NCBI GenBank assembly: GCA_963844035.1
Contig: CAWJMT010000003.1
Span: forward strand, 288,001-352,000
Direction: 5' to 3'
From: an uncultured Gemmatimonadales bacterium
Lineage (GTDB): Bacteria; Gemmatimonadota; Gemmatimonadetes; Gemmatimonadales; GWC2-71-9
Length of the DNA: 64,000 nucleotides
Part shown: one piece after another, positions 53,400 to 64,000 of the stretch
Layout: each line of letters opens with the position of its first letter
Position numbering within the stretch: position 1 is the stretch's first letter
Notes under the pieces: generated by a model
What the model saw: the letters and a program-made list of their open reading frames with translations, nothing else
Told to the model about the DNA's origin: nothing
Database searches by the model: none
Translations under genes and position numbers: made by a program

Positions 53400-55871
53400 C
53401 TAACGGCGTCCTCGGCCTGGTGCGGGCCTACTGGGGACGCCCAGGGCCCGTTTCAGCTCGGTGTAAAACCGCCCGAAGGCTTCGAGGTCGCCAGCCGCCG
53501 CGGCGCTGTCCGCTTCCACCGCGAGATGTCGCGCGAATTCCCAGCGCGCCGCCAACGTCGTGTCGGCCGCCGTCCCGTGAGCGCTGTGGGGGTCGGGCGA
53601 AACGAGATTACGCACCGCCGCGGTCGGGCTGGGCCCCTCACTCGCCCGCTCCCCGCGGCTGAGGAAGACCTTGCTCACGCCTCGCGGGGTCCCATCGGTC
53701 GCCGGCTCGACGAACAGGGCTTGCTCCGTGAGCAGCGTACCGTCCACGATCCAGAGACGCATCACGCCAACCGCTGTTTCGGGCGACCCCATCAGCTCGC
53801 GCGGCAGCCGCTGCGCGACAACCGGCGTCCAGAGATGCAGCCGAGGACCGGCGGGCGACATGGTGCCCGCCAGCAGCGCGACCACATGACTCGGCGCACC
53901 ACTATCGAACGCCTGGGCCATCCACAGGCGTACCCCGCCCGCCGGATCCGCGGGTGCCGGCAGCTCAAACGGTGCGCGCGGCGGCCGGTGCCACGCCGAG
54001 GAATCTCCCCGGCTGCGCATCAGCTGGCTCTCGGCGATGCGAAACGCGCTGCGCGGGTACGGCAGCTGCTCGCGCAGTGCGGCGGGGAGGCTGTCACGCG
54101 GCCGGATGAGGGGCGCAAGCAACCGGGCCCAGGCGGTCGCCAGCGAATCCGCGCCGGGCGCGAGGTAGAGCCGGGTGTCGCCGGTCGCGGCGTTCACGAC
54201 GCCAACCAGTCCGGTGCGCAGGTATCGCACCAGATGGTCGCTGCCCGGAACTGCGAGCGGGCGAGCCAGGGGACAGGTGCGGCTGGTGAGATAGCCGTAG
54301 GAGATCCACCACAACGTCGAATCCGCGATCACCGGCGTCGGATGGTCGAAGGTGGCGAAGGGAGCGAGCTGGGTGAGGCGGTCCGTCACGTCGCGGCGCC
54401 AGAGCAGCACCAGCCCGTCAGTTTGCCCGCGCACGAGCTCCAGATTTTGCAGCGTCCAGGCGAGCGCGGTGCGTGGCCACCAGCCCGCCACCGGGATGCC
54501 ACCGGCTCGGAGCGCCGGCCAGGTGTCGGGCGCGGCCACCGCAAAGTCATAAAACCCCGCGCCGAACCAATATGCGGAATCGCGGGTAGCCCCCCGGCTC
54601 ACGGCGAGGCCGGAGTCCGTTTCGGTTGCGGTGAGTGGCGGTCCGGCACGCGCGTAGCGGCCGCGATGTCGCTCGCTCCATTCGGGGCCGCCCGGGGGGG
54701 CACCATGGTCTCCCAGCGACACTGTCCCTTCCGCGCCCGGCACGACCAACCAGCTTGGCCTGCCCTCTCCCGATTTGGCGGGCATGAGGCTGGTTCCGGC
54801 AGCGGGCGCGCGTGAGCCCCAGAGGCGGGTCCGGCGAACGACGGTGGCGACGCGATCGGGGTCCCACACGGGCAGCGCGTTGACCGTCGATGCGAGGGTT
54901 GGAAAGGCGCCGGGCGACTGCGAGAGCCAGTCGCTGCCGAACGCCAGCCGCTCGAACCGGTCGCGGGTCGTGTCGCCCCCGGTGGCGCTGCTCATCAGTC
55001 CCGGGACCACGCCGTACACGGCGACCGCGCCGAGGAACAGCGCGCCCCATGCTCCGACGAGCAGGCGCGGTCGCTCGCGCAGGCCCCAGATCAGCGTTGC
55101 GACGACGGTCATACCGCTGAGCACGACCATCACTCTGGCGCCGGGGATGCGGGCCTGGAGCAACGTGTGGTCCAGCACGCCGCGCAGCCCGGCGACGGCT
55201 TCTGCCGGATCGAGGACAGCGGCGCGCGCGAGACTGAGTGCGAGCAGGGCGAGCACCAGCCCCAGGTGTGCGCGCGCGTGCGCGCTCGCCTCGGGACGCC
55301 AGCCGTGAAACCGCAGCGAGCCGATGCCCAGATACAGCAGCGCGACGATCAGCGCGGCCGTCCCCGTCGCGAGCAGCGCGAAGTTCTTGCAGGTGACGGC
55401 CCACGGCAGCGTGCCAAGGTAGTAGCCCAGATCGCGCTGCAGCACCGGGTCCAGAATGCCGAAGCTCGGCGGGTGTGATGCCAGCATCGCCTCGAGCCAC
55501 CAGTCTCCCGTGCCGAGCGAGAGCAGCAGGCCGTACAGGGTCCCGCAGGCGAGGGTGCCGGCGAGCAGCACGCGCTGAGGGACGGCCTCGACGATCTCCA
55601 GGTCGCCGAGGCGCCGCGGCAGCTGCACCGACCCGATGGCGCGATACACGTAGTAGAAGTTCGCCGTGCCCCAGGTGACGGCGACGAGCAGGATGATCCC
55701 GTTGGTCAGGCGGGCGAGGTCGCGAGCCGCGAGATACACGTGGCCCCGGGCGATGGTCGCGGCCCAGGCGTGCTCGGCGGTCTCGAGTGCGAGCCAGCGT
55801 CCGCCCACGAGGAGCGCCGCGAAGATGGTGAGCCCGAAGAGAACAACACGCCGCCGCCGGGCGGCGTTCAC
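53400..55871 (-). CDS. UPF0182 family membrane protein (divergent)
   Basis: N-terminal TMs, [64 protein letters not shown]. Confidence 0.8.
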   Translation of the reverse strand: MNAARRRRVVLFGLTIFAALLVGGRWLALETAEHAWAATIARGHVYLAARDLARLTNGIILLVAVTWGTANFYYVYRAIGSVQLPRRLGDLEIVEAVPQRVLLAGTLACGTLYGLLLSLGTGDWWLEAMLASHPPSFGILDPVLQRDLGYYLGTLPWAVTCKNFALLATGTAALIVALLYLGIGSLRFHGWRPEASAHARAHLGLVLALLALSLARAAVLDPAEAVAGLRGVLDHTLLQARIPGARVMVVLSGMTVVATLIWGLRERPRLLVGAWGALFLGAVAVYGVVPGLMSSATGGDTTRDRFERLAFGSDWLSQSPGAFPTLASTVNALPVWDPDRVATVVRRTRLWGSRAPAAGTSLMPAKSGEGRPSWLVVPGAEGTVSLGDHGAPPGGPEWSERHRGRYARAGPPLTATETDSGLAVSRGATRDSAYWFGAGFYDFAVAAPDTWPALRAGGIPVAGWWPRTALAWTLQNLELVRGQTDGLVLLWRRDVTDRLTQLAPFATFDHPTPVIADSTLWWISYGYLTSRTCPLARPLAVPGSDHLVRYLRTGLVGVVNAATGDTRLYLAPGADSLATAWARLLAPLIRPRDSLPAALREQLPYPRSAFRIAESQLMRSRGDSSAWHRPPRAPFELPAPADPAGGVRLWMAQAFDSGAPSHVVALLAGTMSPAGPRLHLWTPVVAQRLPRELMGSPETAVGVMRLWIVDGTLLTEQALFVEPATDGTPRGVSKVFLSRGERASEGPSPTAAVRNLVSPDPHSAHGTAADTTLAARWEFARHLAVEADSAAAAGDLEAFGRFYTELKRALGVPSRPAPGRGRR

Positions 55872-57260
55872 ACGCTGACGCCTGCCGCGCGGAGCCAGTC
55901 CTCAACTTCATTGCGATACGCGGCCAGCTCGGCGTCGCTCGGCGCCTCGAAGCGCATCACGAGCACCGGCTGGGTGTTGGACGAACGCAGCAGACCCCAG
56001 CCGTGCGCAAACGTGATGCGGACGCCGTCGAGCGTGGACACGGGGTATTTCGCGCCGAAATGCTTGGCCGCCTGCTCGACGATCGCGACCTTGCGGTCGT
56101 CGGCGCACTCGATGCGGATCTCGGGTGTCGCCACCGTTGCTGGAAGGTCGGCGAGCCGCGGCGAGAGCGGACCGGTGTGCTCGGCGACGTAATGGATCAG
56201 GCGCGCGGCGGCGAACAATGCGTCGTCGAATCCGAACCAGTCGCCGCCGAAGAACATGTGGCCGCTCATCTCGCCGGCGAGCGGCGATTTGAGGTCCAGC
56301 ATTTTCTGCTTGATCAGGGAATGCCCCGTCTTCCACATGACGGGCTCGAGCCCGGCGCGCTTGAGCTCCTGCGGCAGCACCTCGGAGCATTTCACGTCGA
56401 AGATGACCGAGTGTCCCTTGCCCATGCGCCGGACCAGGTCGCGCGCGAACAGTACCAGCAGCTGATCGCCGAACACCGGTTTACCCTGCTCGTCCACCAC
56501 GCCGATTCGGTCGCCGTCGCCGTCGAAGCCGATGCCCAGCTCGGCGCCCTCCCGCACGACTGCGGCTTGCAGGTCAACCAGGTTCTCGAGCACCGTGGGA
56601 TCGGGGTGGTGATTGGGAAACGTCCCATCCGAGTCGGCGAACAGCGGCACGACCACGGCGCCCAACTTTTCGAGCGTCTCGATCGCGATGAGGCTCGTGA
56701 CCCCGTTGCCGCAATCGACCACGACCTTGACGGGCCGCTTGAGCGGGCTGTTCCGCTGCACGATGGCGTCACGATACGCGACGAGGATGTTGGGGTGCGA
56801 GCGCCGGTATCCCCCGGTCTGATCGCGCAGCCGGCCCTCCGAAATCATTCGGCGCAACAGCGCGATGTCTTCTCCGTAAATCGGCGCGCCGCTCGAGCAC
56901 CATCTTGAAGCCGTTGAACTCGGGCGGATTGTGGGAGCCGGTGACCTGCAGCCCGCCGTCGACGCCCAGGGTGTGGGTGGCGAAGTAGAGCGCGGGGGTC
57001 GGCACCTGTCCTACGTAGACGGCAAGGCCGCCCGCGTCCTCGATCCCGGAGACGACGCGGGCCACCAGCTCCACGCCTGACGGCCGGTTGTCGTGGCCGA
57101 CGGCGATCTGCGGCTCGCGCCGCAGCCGCTCGGCGCCGAGGGTCGCGAACGCCTTGCCGACGGCGTACGCCGCTTCCGGCGTGAGCTGGTCGCCGACGGT
57201 GCCGCGAATGTCGTATTCGCGGAAGATGACGGGGGGGAGGCGAAGGTTTACCGGGGGCAG
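55868..57260 (-). CDS. Phosphomannomutase/phosphoglucomutase (AlgC-like); frameshifts, start codon not visible
   Basis: IFREYDIRG, GHDNRPS, VTGSHNPPEFNGFK, FPNHHPDP, FDGDGDRIG, GEMSGH, RSSNTQP. Confidence 0.93.
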
Positions 57261-57275
57261 AGGGCCTGCCTTGCG

Positions 57276-58805
57276 TCAGTTGTCGTTCGTGGACAACGAT
57301 GCCGGCGGCGTGCGGGGCTGCACGACCGCGGCGCGAACACTTGCACCGCTCGTTTGGGCGAGCGAAAGCATCCCGCTCGGGTGTACGCCCAAGGCCAGCA
57401 ATCCGACCACCGCGGCGGCCACGACGGCGCCGGCCAGCCGGCCGAGGCGCAGGTCCACGTGGGCTTGTCCGGACGATTCGGGCTTCATGTACATCGCCAT
57501 CACGACCGGGAGATAGTACCCCGCCGACGCAACGCTGGCGACCACCAGCAGCGCGGCGAGCAGCCCCTGACCGGTGGTGATCGCGGCCGTCAGGATGTAC
57601 CACTTGCCGATGAATCCGGCCGTGCCCGGAACGCCGAGCAGCGAGAGCATGCACACGGTGAGGGCGAAGGCGAGGACCGGCCGGCGGGCGCCGAGTCCTG
57701 CGAGATCGTCGATGAGGACGTCGCGCTCGCCGTCGCGGCCCTTGGCCGCGAGGATGGCGAACGCCGCCAGCGTCATCAGGGCGTACGCGACCAGGTAGAA
57801 AACGAACGCTGCCGACCCGACGCTCGTGCCCGCGCTCACCGCGACCAGCAGATACCCGGCGTGAGCCACGGACGAGTAGGCGAGCATCCGCTTCATGGTT
57901 CGCTGCGCCAGCGCTGTGAGGTTGCCGAGGGCCATCGTGACGGCGGCGAGCCACCAGACGATCGTGTGCCATCCGGCGACCCCGGCGAACCCTTCCGTGA
58001 GCACGCGGAACAGGGCGGTGAACGCGGCGGCCTTCACACCGACGGCCATGAAGGCGGTCACGGGTGTGGGTGAGCCGTCGTACACGTCCGGGGCCCACAT
58101 GTGGAACGGCACGGCCGCGACCTTGAACCCGAACCCGATGAGCAGGAGCCCGACCCCGAGCAGCAGCATGGTGCTGTGGCCGAGACCGAGCGCGCTGACC
58201 TGCGCGCCGATCAGTGTCAGGTTGGTCGTCCCCGTGGCCCCGTAGGTCAGGGCCATGCCGTACAGCAGGAACGCCGACGCGAACGCCCCCAGCAGGAAGT
58301 ACTTGAGTGCGGCCTCGGCGCCGCCCGGGCTGCGACGGTTGATTCCCGCGAGGACGTAGACGCACACCGACATCAGCTCCAGCCCTAGGAACGTCACCAT
58401 CAGGTCTTCCGCGCCGCCGAGCAGCATCATGCCGATCGTCGCGAACAGGAGCAGCACGTAGTACTCGGGCGCGAGCAGCTGCTCGCGCTCGAGGTACGCA
58501 ACCGACAGCAGGACGGTGAGCGCCGCAGTCCCGAGGAAGATCCAGTCCGTCACGAATCGGAAGTCGTCTACCGCGATCATGGTCGCGATGCCGGCGACCT
58601 GCGCGCGCGTGGCCCACAGCCACCCGACGACACCCGCCGTCGAGATCAGCCCGGCCAGCGTGATCCAGCCGGCCAGCCGAAGGTCGGCCGCCGTGCGGTG
58701 CCGAACGGCGACGACCAGAAGGAGCAGCAGCCCCCAGCCGGTGAGCACGATCTCGGGGAGCAGCGCGATCACGAGGTCGGGATACTGCGACAGGTCGAGG
58801 TTCAT
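57276..58805 (-). CDS. nuoN: NADH-quinone oxidoreductase subunit N
   Basis: EAALKYFLLGA, FKVAAVPFHMWAPDVYDG, KRMLAYSS. Confidence 0.96.
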   Translation of the reverse strand: MNLDLSQYPDLVIALLPEIVLTGWGLLLLLVVAVRHRTAADLRLAGWITLAGLISTAGVVGWLWATRAQVAGIATMIAVDDFRFVTDWIFLGTAALTVLLSVAYLEREQLLAPEYYVLLLFATIGMMLLGGAEDLMVTFLGLELMSVCVYVLAGINRRSPGGAEAALKYFLLGAFASAFLLYGMALTYGATGTTNLTLIGAQVSALGLGHSTMLLLGVGLLLIGFGFKVAAVPFHMWAPDVYDGSPTPVTAFMAVGVKAAAFTALFRVLTEGFAGVAGWHTIVWWLAAVTMALGNLTALAQRTMKRMLAYSSVAHAGYLLVAVSAGTSVGSAAFVFYLVAYALMTLAAFAILAAKGRDGERDVLIDDLAGLGARRPVLAFALTVCMLSLLGVPGTAGFIGKWYILTAAITTGQGLLAALLVVASVASAGYYLPVVMAMYMKPESSGQAHVDLRLGRLAGAVVAAAVVGLLALGVHPSGMLSLAQTSGASVRAAVVQPRTPPASLSTNDN

Positions 58806-60287
58806 CGGGCTTTGACCGTCGAGATGAATCGCTGCGCCGCCGGCTCCATGCGCTCGAGGAACGGCTTCGGGTACACGCCGAGCCACACGATGCACGCCAG
58901 CAGCGGCAGCAGCACGGCGAGCTCGCGGGGGGTGAGATCGAGCAGCTTCTCGTTCTCCTTCTTGTCGAGCGCGTTGTAGATCACCCGCTGGAGCGCCCAC
59001 AGGAGGTACGCAGCCGCGACGATCACGCCGGCTGTGGCGAGCGTGGCGGCGACCGGGTACGTCTGGAACGCGCCGATCAAGACCAGGAACTCGCCGGTGA
59101 ACCCATTGGTACCGGGGAGCCCGATGGACGACAGGGACACGATCGTCAGAATCGCGGCGAACAGCGGGACCACGCGCGCGATGCCGCCGTACGCATCGAT
59201 CATGCGGCTATGGCGCCGCTCATAGATCATCCCCACCAGGAAAAAGAGCGCGCCGGTCGAGATGCCGTGATTGATCATCACGAGTAGCGCCCCCTGCACG
59301 CTCTGCACGGTGAGGGCCCAGATCCCGAGCATGACGAACCCCAGGTGGGCCACCGACGAGTACGCGATCAGGCGTTTGAAATCGGGCTGTACCATCGCCA
59401 CCAGACCGCCGTAGAGGATCCCGACCAGCGACAGCACGACGATCGCCGTCTGGATGGCGGGGTGCTGGGCCACCGCCGGAAAGAAGGGGAAGGCGAACCG
59501 GAGGAACCCGTAGGTGCCCATCTTGAGGAGAATACCGGCGAGGATCACCGACCCGGCGGTAGGCGCCTCCGTGTGAGCGTCGGGGAGCCAGGTGTGGAAC
59601 GGGAACACCGGGACCTTGATGGCGAACGCGAGGAAGAACGCGCCGAACAGCCAGTAGCCGCGCGGTCCCAGATCGCCGAGCCCGGTCATCAGATGCTCGT
59701 ACGAGAACGAGTACACCCCCGTGCGCTGATGGACCAGATGCACCAGCGTGAGGATGGCGACCAGCATGAGCATCGAGCCGAGCATCGTGTAGACGAAGAA
59801 CTTCAGGGCGGCGTACAGACGCCCGTCACCCCCCCACACGCCGATGATGAAATACATCGGAATGAGCATCACTTCCCACATCACGAAGAACAGGAACAGG
59901 TCGAGCGCGACAAAAACGCCGATCATTCCCGACGTCAACGCCAGAAGCAGCGCGTAGTAGCCGCGCACCCGCGTCGTGATGGTGGCGTAGCTGCCGAGCA
60001 CGGTGAGCGGGACCAGGAGGGTCGTCAGGAGTACGAGGAACAGCGAGATCCCGTCCACGCCCACGGTGAACCGGATGCCCCAGGCCGGCACCCAGGGCAC
60101 GTCGAACCGGAACTGCATCCCGCCGGACGGCACGAAGGTCCACCACATCGGGACCGAGATGGCGAATTCGACGCAGCGCTGCGGCGAGCGCGATGTGTTT
60201 GGCCCAGCGGTCCGGCGCGGCGAGCACGGCCAGAGCGCCGGCCACCGGCCAGAGGAGCAGCGCCAGCAACACCCAGTCGTTGTACAC
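58802..60287 (-). CDS. nuoM: NADH-quinone oxidoreductase subunit M (frameshift ~60175)
   Basis: GVDGISL, WEVMLIPMYF, KVPVFPFHTWLPDAHTEAPT, LLKMG, GLPGTNGF. Confidence 0.96.
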
Positions 60288-60290
60288 GGG

Positions 60291-62296
60291 TTAGCCCACC
60301 GCCCCGAGCAACAGCACGGCGCCCGCAACGAACAGGACCACGTACAGGCCCAGCTCCCCCGATTGCAGCCGGCTGCCCAGCCAGCCGAGCACCTGGGAGA
60401 CCCGCGCCACACCATTCACCCCGCCGCTGTCCACCACGCGCTGGTCGATCCACTTCCACAGGACCTCGCGCGACAGCCACACGATCGGCCGCACGATGAC
60501 GCGGTCGTAGATCTGGTCGACGTAGTACGCCTTCGCCAGGATGCGCGCGAATCCCTGCTCCGCCGCTGCCTGCCGCGCGGGCACGAGGCGCTCAAACGGC
60601 AGGAGGCGCCAGGCGGCGACGATGCCGGCCGCCGCGACCGCCACCGCGAGCACGATGAGCGCCCATTCGACGCCGTGGGACAGCGCCGGGACTGCGCTGA
60701 TGTGCGCGGCCGCTTCGGTCAACGGCTCGAGCCAATGTTCGAGCGGCGCGGTTCCGCCGAGCAACTGCGGCAGGTTCAGCGCGCCGCCGGCGGCCGCGAG
60801 CATCCCCAGCACCACGAGCGGTCCCGTCATCACCGGCGGCGCCTCGTGGAGGTGGGCGCCCGCCTTCTCGCCGGTCCGGTTGGGGCCGTGGAAGGTGTAG
60901 AGCATCAGACGCGTCATGTAGAACGCCGTCAGCAGTGCGGCCGTCACGCCCAACGCCCAGAACGCATACCACAGGGGATTGACCGCTCCGCGCGCGAATG
61001 CCGCACCGAGGATGGCGTCCTTCGAGAAAAATCCCGAGAACGGCGGGACGCCGGCGATCGCGAGCGTCGCGACCCACATCAGGCCGCAGGTCCAGGGAAG
61101 AAAGGCGCGCAGGCCGCCCATGTTGCGCATGTCCTGGGCGTCCTCGTGCGCGTGCGTGGCATGGTAGGCCTGATGCATGGCGTGAATCACGCTCCCCGCA
61201 CCCAGAAACAGCAGCGCCTTGAAGAAGGCGTGGGTCACGAGGTGAAACACGCCGGCCGCGTACGCGCCGGAGCCCACGCCCAAGAACATGTAGCCGAGCT
61301 GCGAGATCGTCGAATAGGCGAGCACCTTCTTGATGTCCCACTGCTTGAGACCGACCGACGCGGCGAAGCAGCGCCGTCAACGCCCCGACGCCCGGCCACC
61401 ACGGCGCTCCCCGTCGGCGACAGCGCGAAGAGCACGCCGCAGCGGGCGACGAGATAGACGCCAGCGGTGACCATGGTCGCCGCGTGGATCAGCGCCGACA
61501 CGGGCGTGGGTCCCTGCATGGCGTCCGGCAGCCAGGTATACAGGGGGATTTGCGCGGACTTCCCGGCGCAACCGAGGAACAGAAACAGGGCGATCGCGGT
61601 CACGGCCCGATCGCCGACCGCGAACGTGGTGGGCGCTTTGGCGAACACCGTCGTGAAGTCGAGCGAACCGGTGTGCTGGAAGATCAGGAACATCGCGATC
61701 AGGAACCCGAAGTCCCCGATGCGATTGACGATGAACGCCTTGAGCCCGGCATCGGCGTTGATCTTCTCGGTGAACCAGAACCCGATCAACAGGTACGAGC
61801 ACAGCCCGACGCCCTCCCAACCCACGAACATGAGGGGGAAGTTGGCGCCGAGTACGAGCGTCAGCATGAAGAACACGAACAGGTTGAGATACGCGAAGTA
61901 GCGGGCGTACCCCGGATCGTCGTGCATGTAGCCGACGCTGTAGAGGTGGATCAGCGTGCCGACGCCCGTCACCACGAGAATCATCACTGCCGAGAGCGAG
62001 TCGAGCTGCAAGGCCACATCCACCTGCAGGTTGGCCACGGGCAGCCAGGACCAGTACCGGAACACCAGGGGCTCGGCGGGGGGATGGCCGTGCAGCGTCC
62101 ACACCAGCCACACCGCGCTCACGCAAGCCGCCGCCACGCTGCCGACGCCAATGACGGACACGGCGGCTTTGGCTTTGGGGCGCCAGAAGGCCAGCAGGCC
62201 GTTCAGGACGAACCCGGCGAACGGCAGCGCGGGCACCGTCCAGAGCAGGCGCTGTACGCCTGCGTCCGCGGCTGCGACCATCAGGCCGTCGGCCAT
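60291..62296 (-). CDS. nuoL: NADH-quinone oxidoreductase subunit L (frameshifts ~61370-61395)
   Basis: GWEGVGLCSYLLIGFW, NRIGD, KSAQIPLYTWLPDAM.GPTPVSALIHAATMV, THAFFKALLF. Confidence 0.96.
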
Positions 62297-62591
62297 CACC
62301 CCTTCAACAGGTTGATGGTGTCGATGTTCACGCTGCGGCGGTGACGATACAGGGCGAGAATGATCGCGAGTCCCACGGCCGCTTCGGCGGCGGCCACGGC
62401 CATGACGAAGAACACGAAGATCTGCCCCCCGACCCCGAGCGACTGCGCGAGGGCGACAAAGGTGAGGTTCACAGCGTTGAGCATCAGCTCCACGCACATG
62501 AAGATCACGATGGCATTGCGGCGCAGCAGCACCCCGGCGACGCCGACGGTGAACAGCACTGCGGACACGAACAGCGAAGGGCCGAGGAGCA

Positions 62592-62592
<1 letters not shown>
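62296..62592 (-). CDS. nuoK: NADH-quinone oxidoreductase subunit K
   Basis: [31 protein letters not shown]. Confidence 0.96.
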
Positions 62593-63113
<521 letters not shown>

Positions 63114-63114
63114 A

Positions 63115-63621
63115 CTACTCGCCTTTGGGATCGGACGGATCCCACAACGTGGAGACGGCGTGGGTTTGCGCGCACAGGCGCTCGAGGTCGTACACGAAGC
63201 GATCGCGCGAGTATTCGGAGTTCTCGTAGTGCACGCCGACGTGAATCGCCTCTTCCGGACACACCTCCTGGCAGTAGCCGCAGAAGACGCAACGGAATTC
63301 GTCGATCTCGTAGATCAGCGGGTAGCGGTTCCCCTGGTCGTCTTCGCCGGGCACCAGCTTGATGCAGTTCGCCGGACAGATCTGGGGGCACAAACCGCAC
63401 GCCACGCACTTGGCGCGTCCCTGCTCGTCGGTCAGCATGCGGTGCGTTCCGCGCCACCGGGCGGAGATCGTCCAATCTTTGCTGCTCTTCTCCTCGGGAT
63501 ACTGCATCGTCACTTTGGGCCGGAAGATGTGACGCAGCGTGAGCACCATCGCCTTGAGCGTGGCGCGCAGGTACGAGGTCTCGGCCGTCGGCCGCTTGAG
63601 GATCTTCACGCCGATCGTCAT
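63115..63621 (-). CDS. nuoI: NADH-quinone oxidoreductase subunit I
   Basis: TMQYPEE, CVACGLCPQICP, RCVFCGYCQEVCP. Confidence 0.96.
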   Translation of the reverse strand: MTIGVKILKRPTAETSYLRATLKAMVLTLRHIFRPKVTMQYPEEKSSKDWTISARWRGTHRMLTDEQGRAKCVACGLCPQICPANCIKLVPGEDDQGNRYPLIYEIDEFRCVFCGYCQEVCPEEAIHVGVHYENSEYSRDRFVYDLERLCAQTHAVSTLWDPSDPKGE

Positions 63622-64000
63622 CTAGGCTTGCTCCTCAGCGACGGAAGGGGCCACGAGGCGCCCGCGGTCGAGCACGAACAAGAGCGGGATGGCCACGAGG
63701 ACGTTCATCCCGAACAACGCGAGCGCGAAGCGCGAGTCGTACGCCCACCCCAGCTGGTCGTGCAGCACCCAGATCGCGGTGGCGAGCACCGCCAGGTAAC
63801 CGAGGGCGAGGGGGAGCATCACCTTCCAGCCGAGCGCCATGAGCTGGTCGTAGCGGAACCGCGGCAGCGTCCAGCGCACCCAGATGTAGAGGAACAGGAA
63901 GAACCCGACCTTGACGGAGAAGGCCGCGACCGTGGCCAGCGTCTTCACAACCGTCCAGGGCGGCACGTCATCCCAGTGCGTGAAGGGGATATCCCAGCCC
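63622..64000 (-). CDS. nuoH: NADH-quinone oxidoreductase subunit H, C-terminal part (truncated by window edge)
   Basis: [20 protein letters not shown]. Confidence 0.95.
   Translation of the reverse strand, partial: GWDIPFTHWDDVPPWTVVKTLATVAAFSVKVGFFLFLYIWVRWTLPRFRYDQLMALGWKVMLPLALGYLAVLATAIWVLHDQLGWAYDSRFALALFGMNVLVAIPLLFVLDRGRLVAPSVAEEQA

Overview
High-GC bacterial chromosome segment, most consistent with Gemmatimonadota (inferred from gene content and order, not from a marker gene). It is mostly core genes and has many single-base frameshifts that look like long-read indel errors. The main structural feature is a 28-bp XerC/XerD dif site at 15932-15959, exactly where gene orientation flips: every gene to the left is on +, and every gene to the right except one is on -. 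The window therefore very likely spans the replication terminus, with xerD about 21 kb away. Left arm: uvrC, GATase, thrC, larC, TPR protein, a small accessory patch of exported-protein genes, tRNA-Gly, DUF512-der-plsY-gpsA-merR-surE-pcm-dedA-acyP-apt, tRNA-Arg and a YfgM-like gene. Right arm: dapF, a polyprenol-sugar/YfhO-type glycosylation cluster, rpoN, lptB/lptA/lptC, kdsD/C/A-pyrG-kdsB, trpG/pabA, a Ser/Thr kinase-TPR, xerD, dinB-family, mscL, ispF, purE, futalosine genes mqnC/A/E, the fab/plsX/rpmF cluster, ndk, a PTS-IIA/CBS fusion, sucD/C, UPF0182, PMM/PGM and nuoN-H. The best novelty candidates are LptB with a ~150-aa N-terminal extra domain, the LPS-linked GT-C glycosylation cluster, the EIIA-CBS protein between sucCD and ndk, recurrent near-leaderless promoters, and an 8-bp tandem repeat at the 5' end of mqnE. 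No CRISPR array, IS element, prophage or defence system was recognised.
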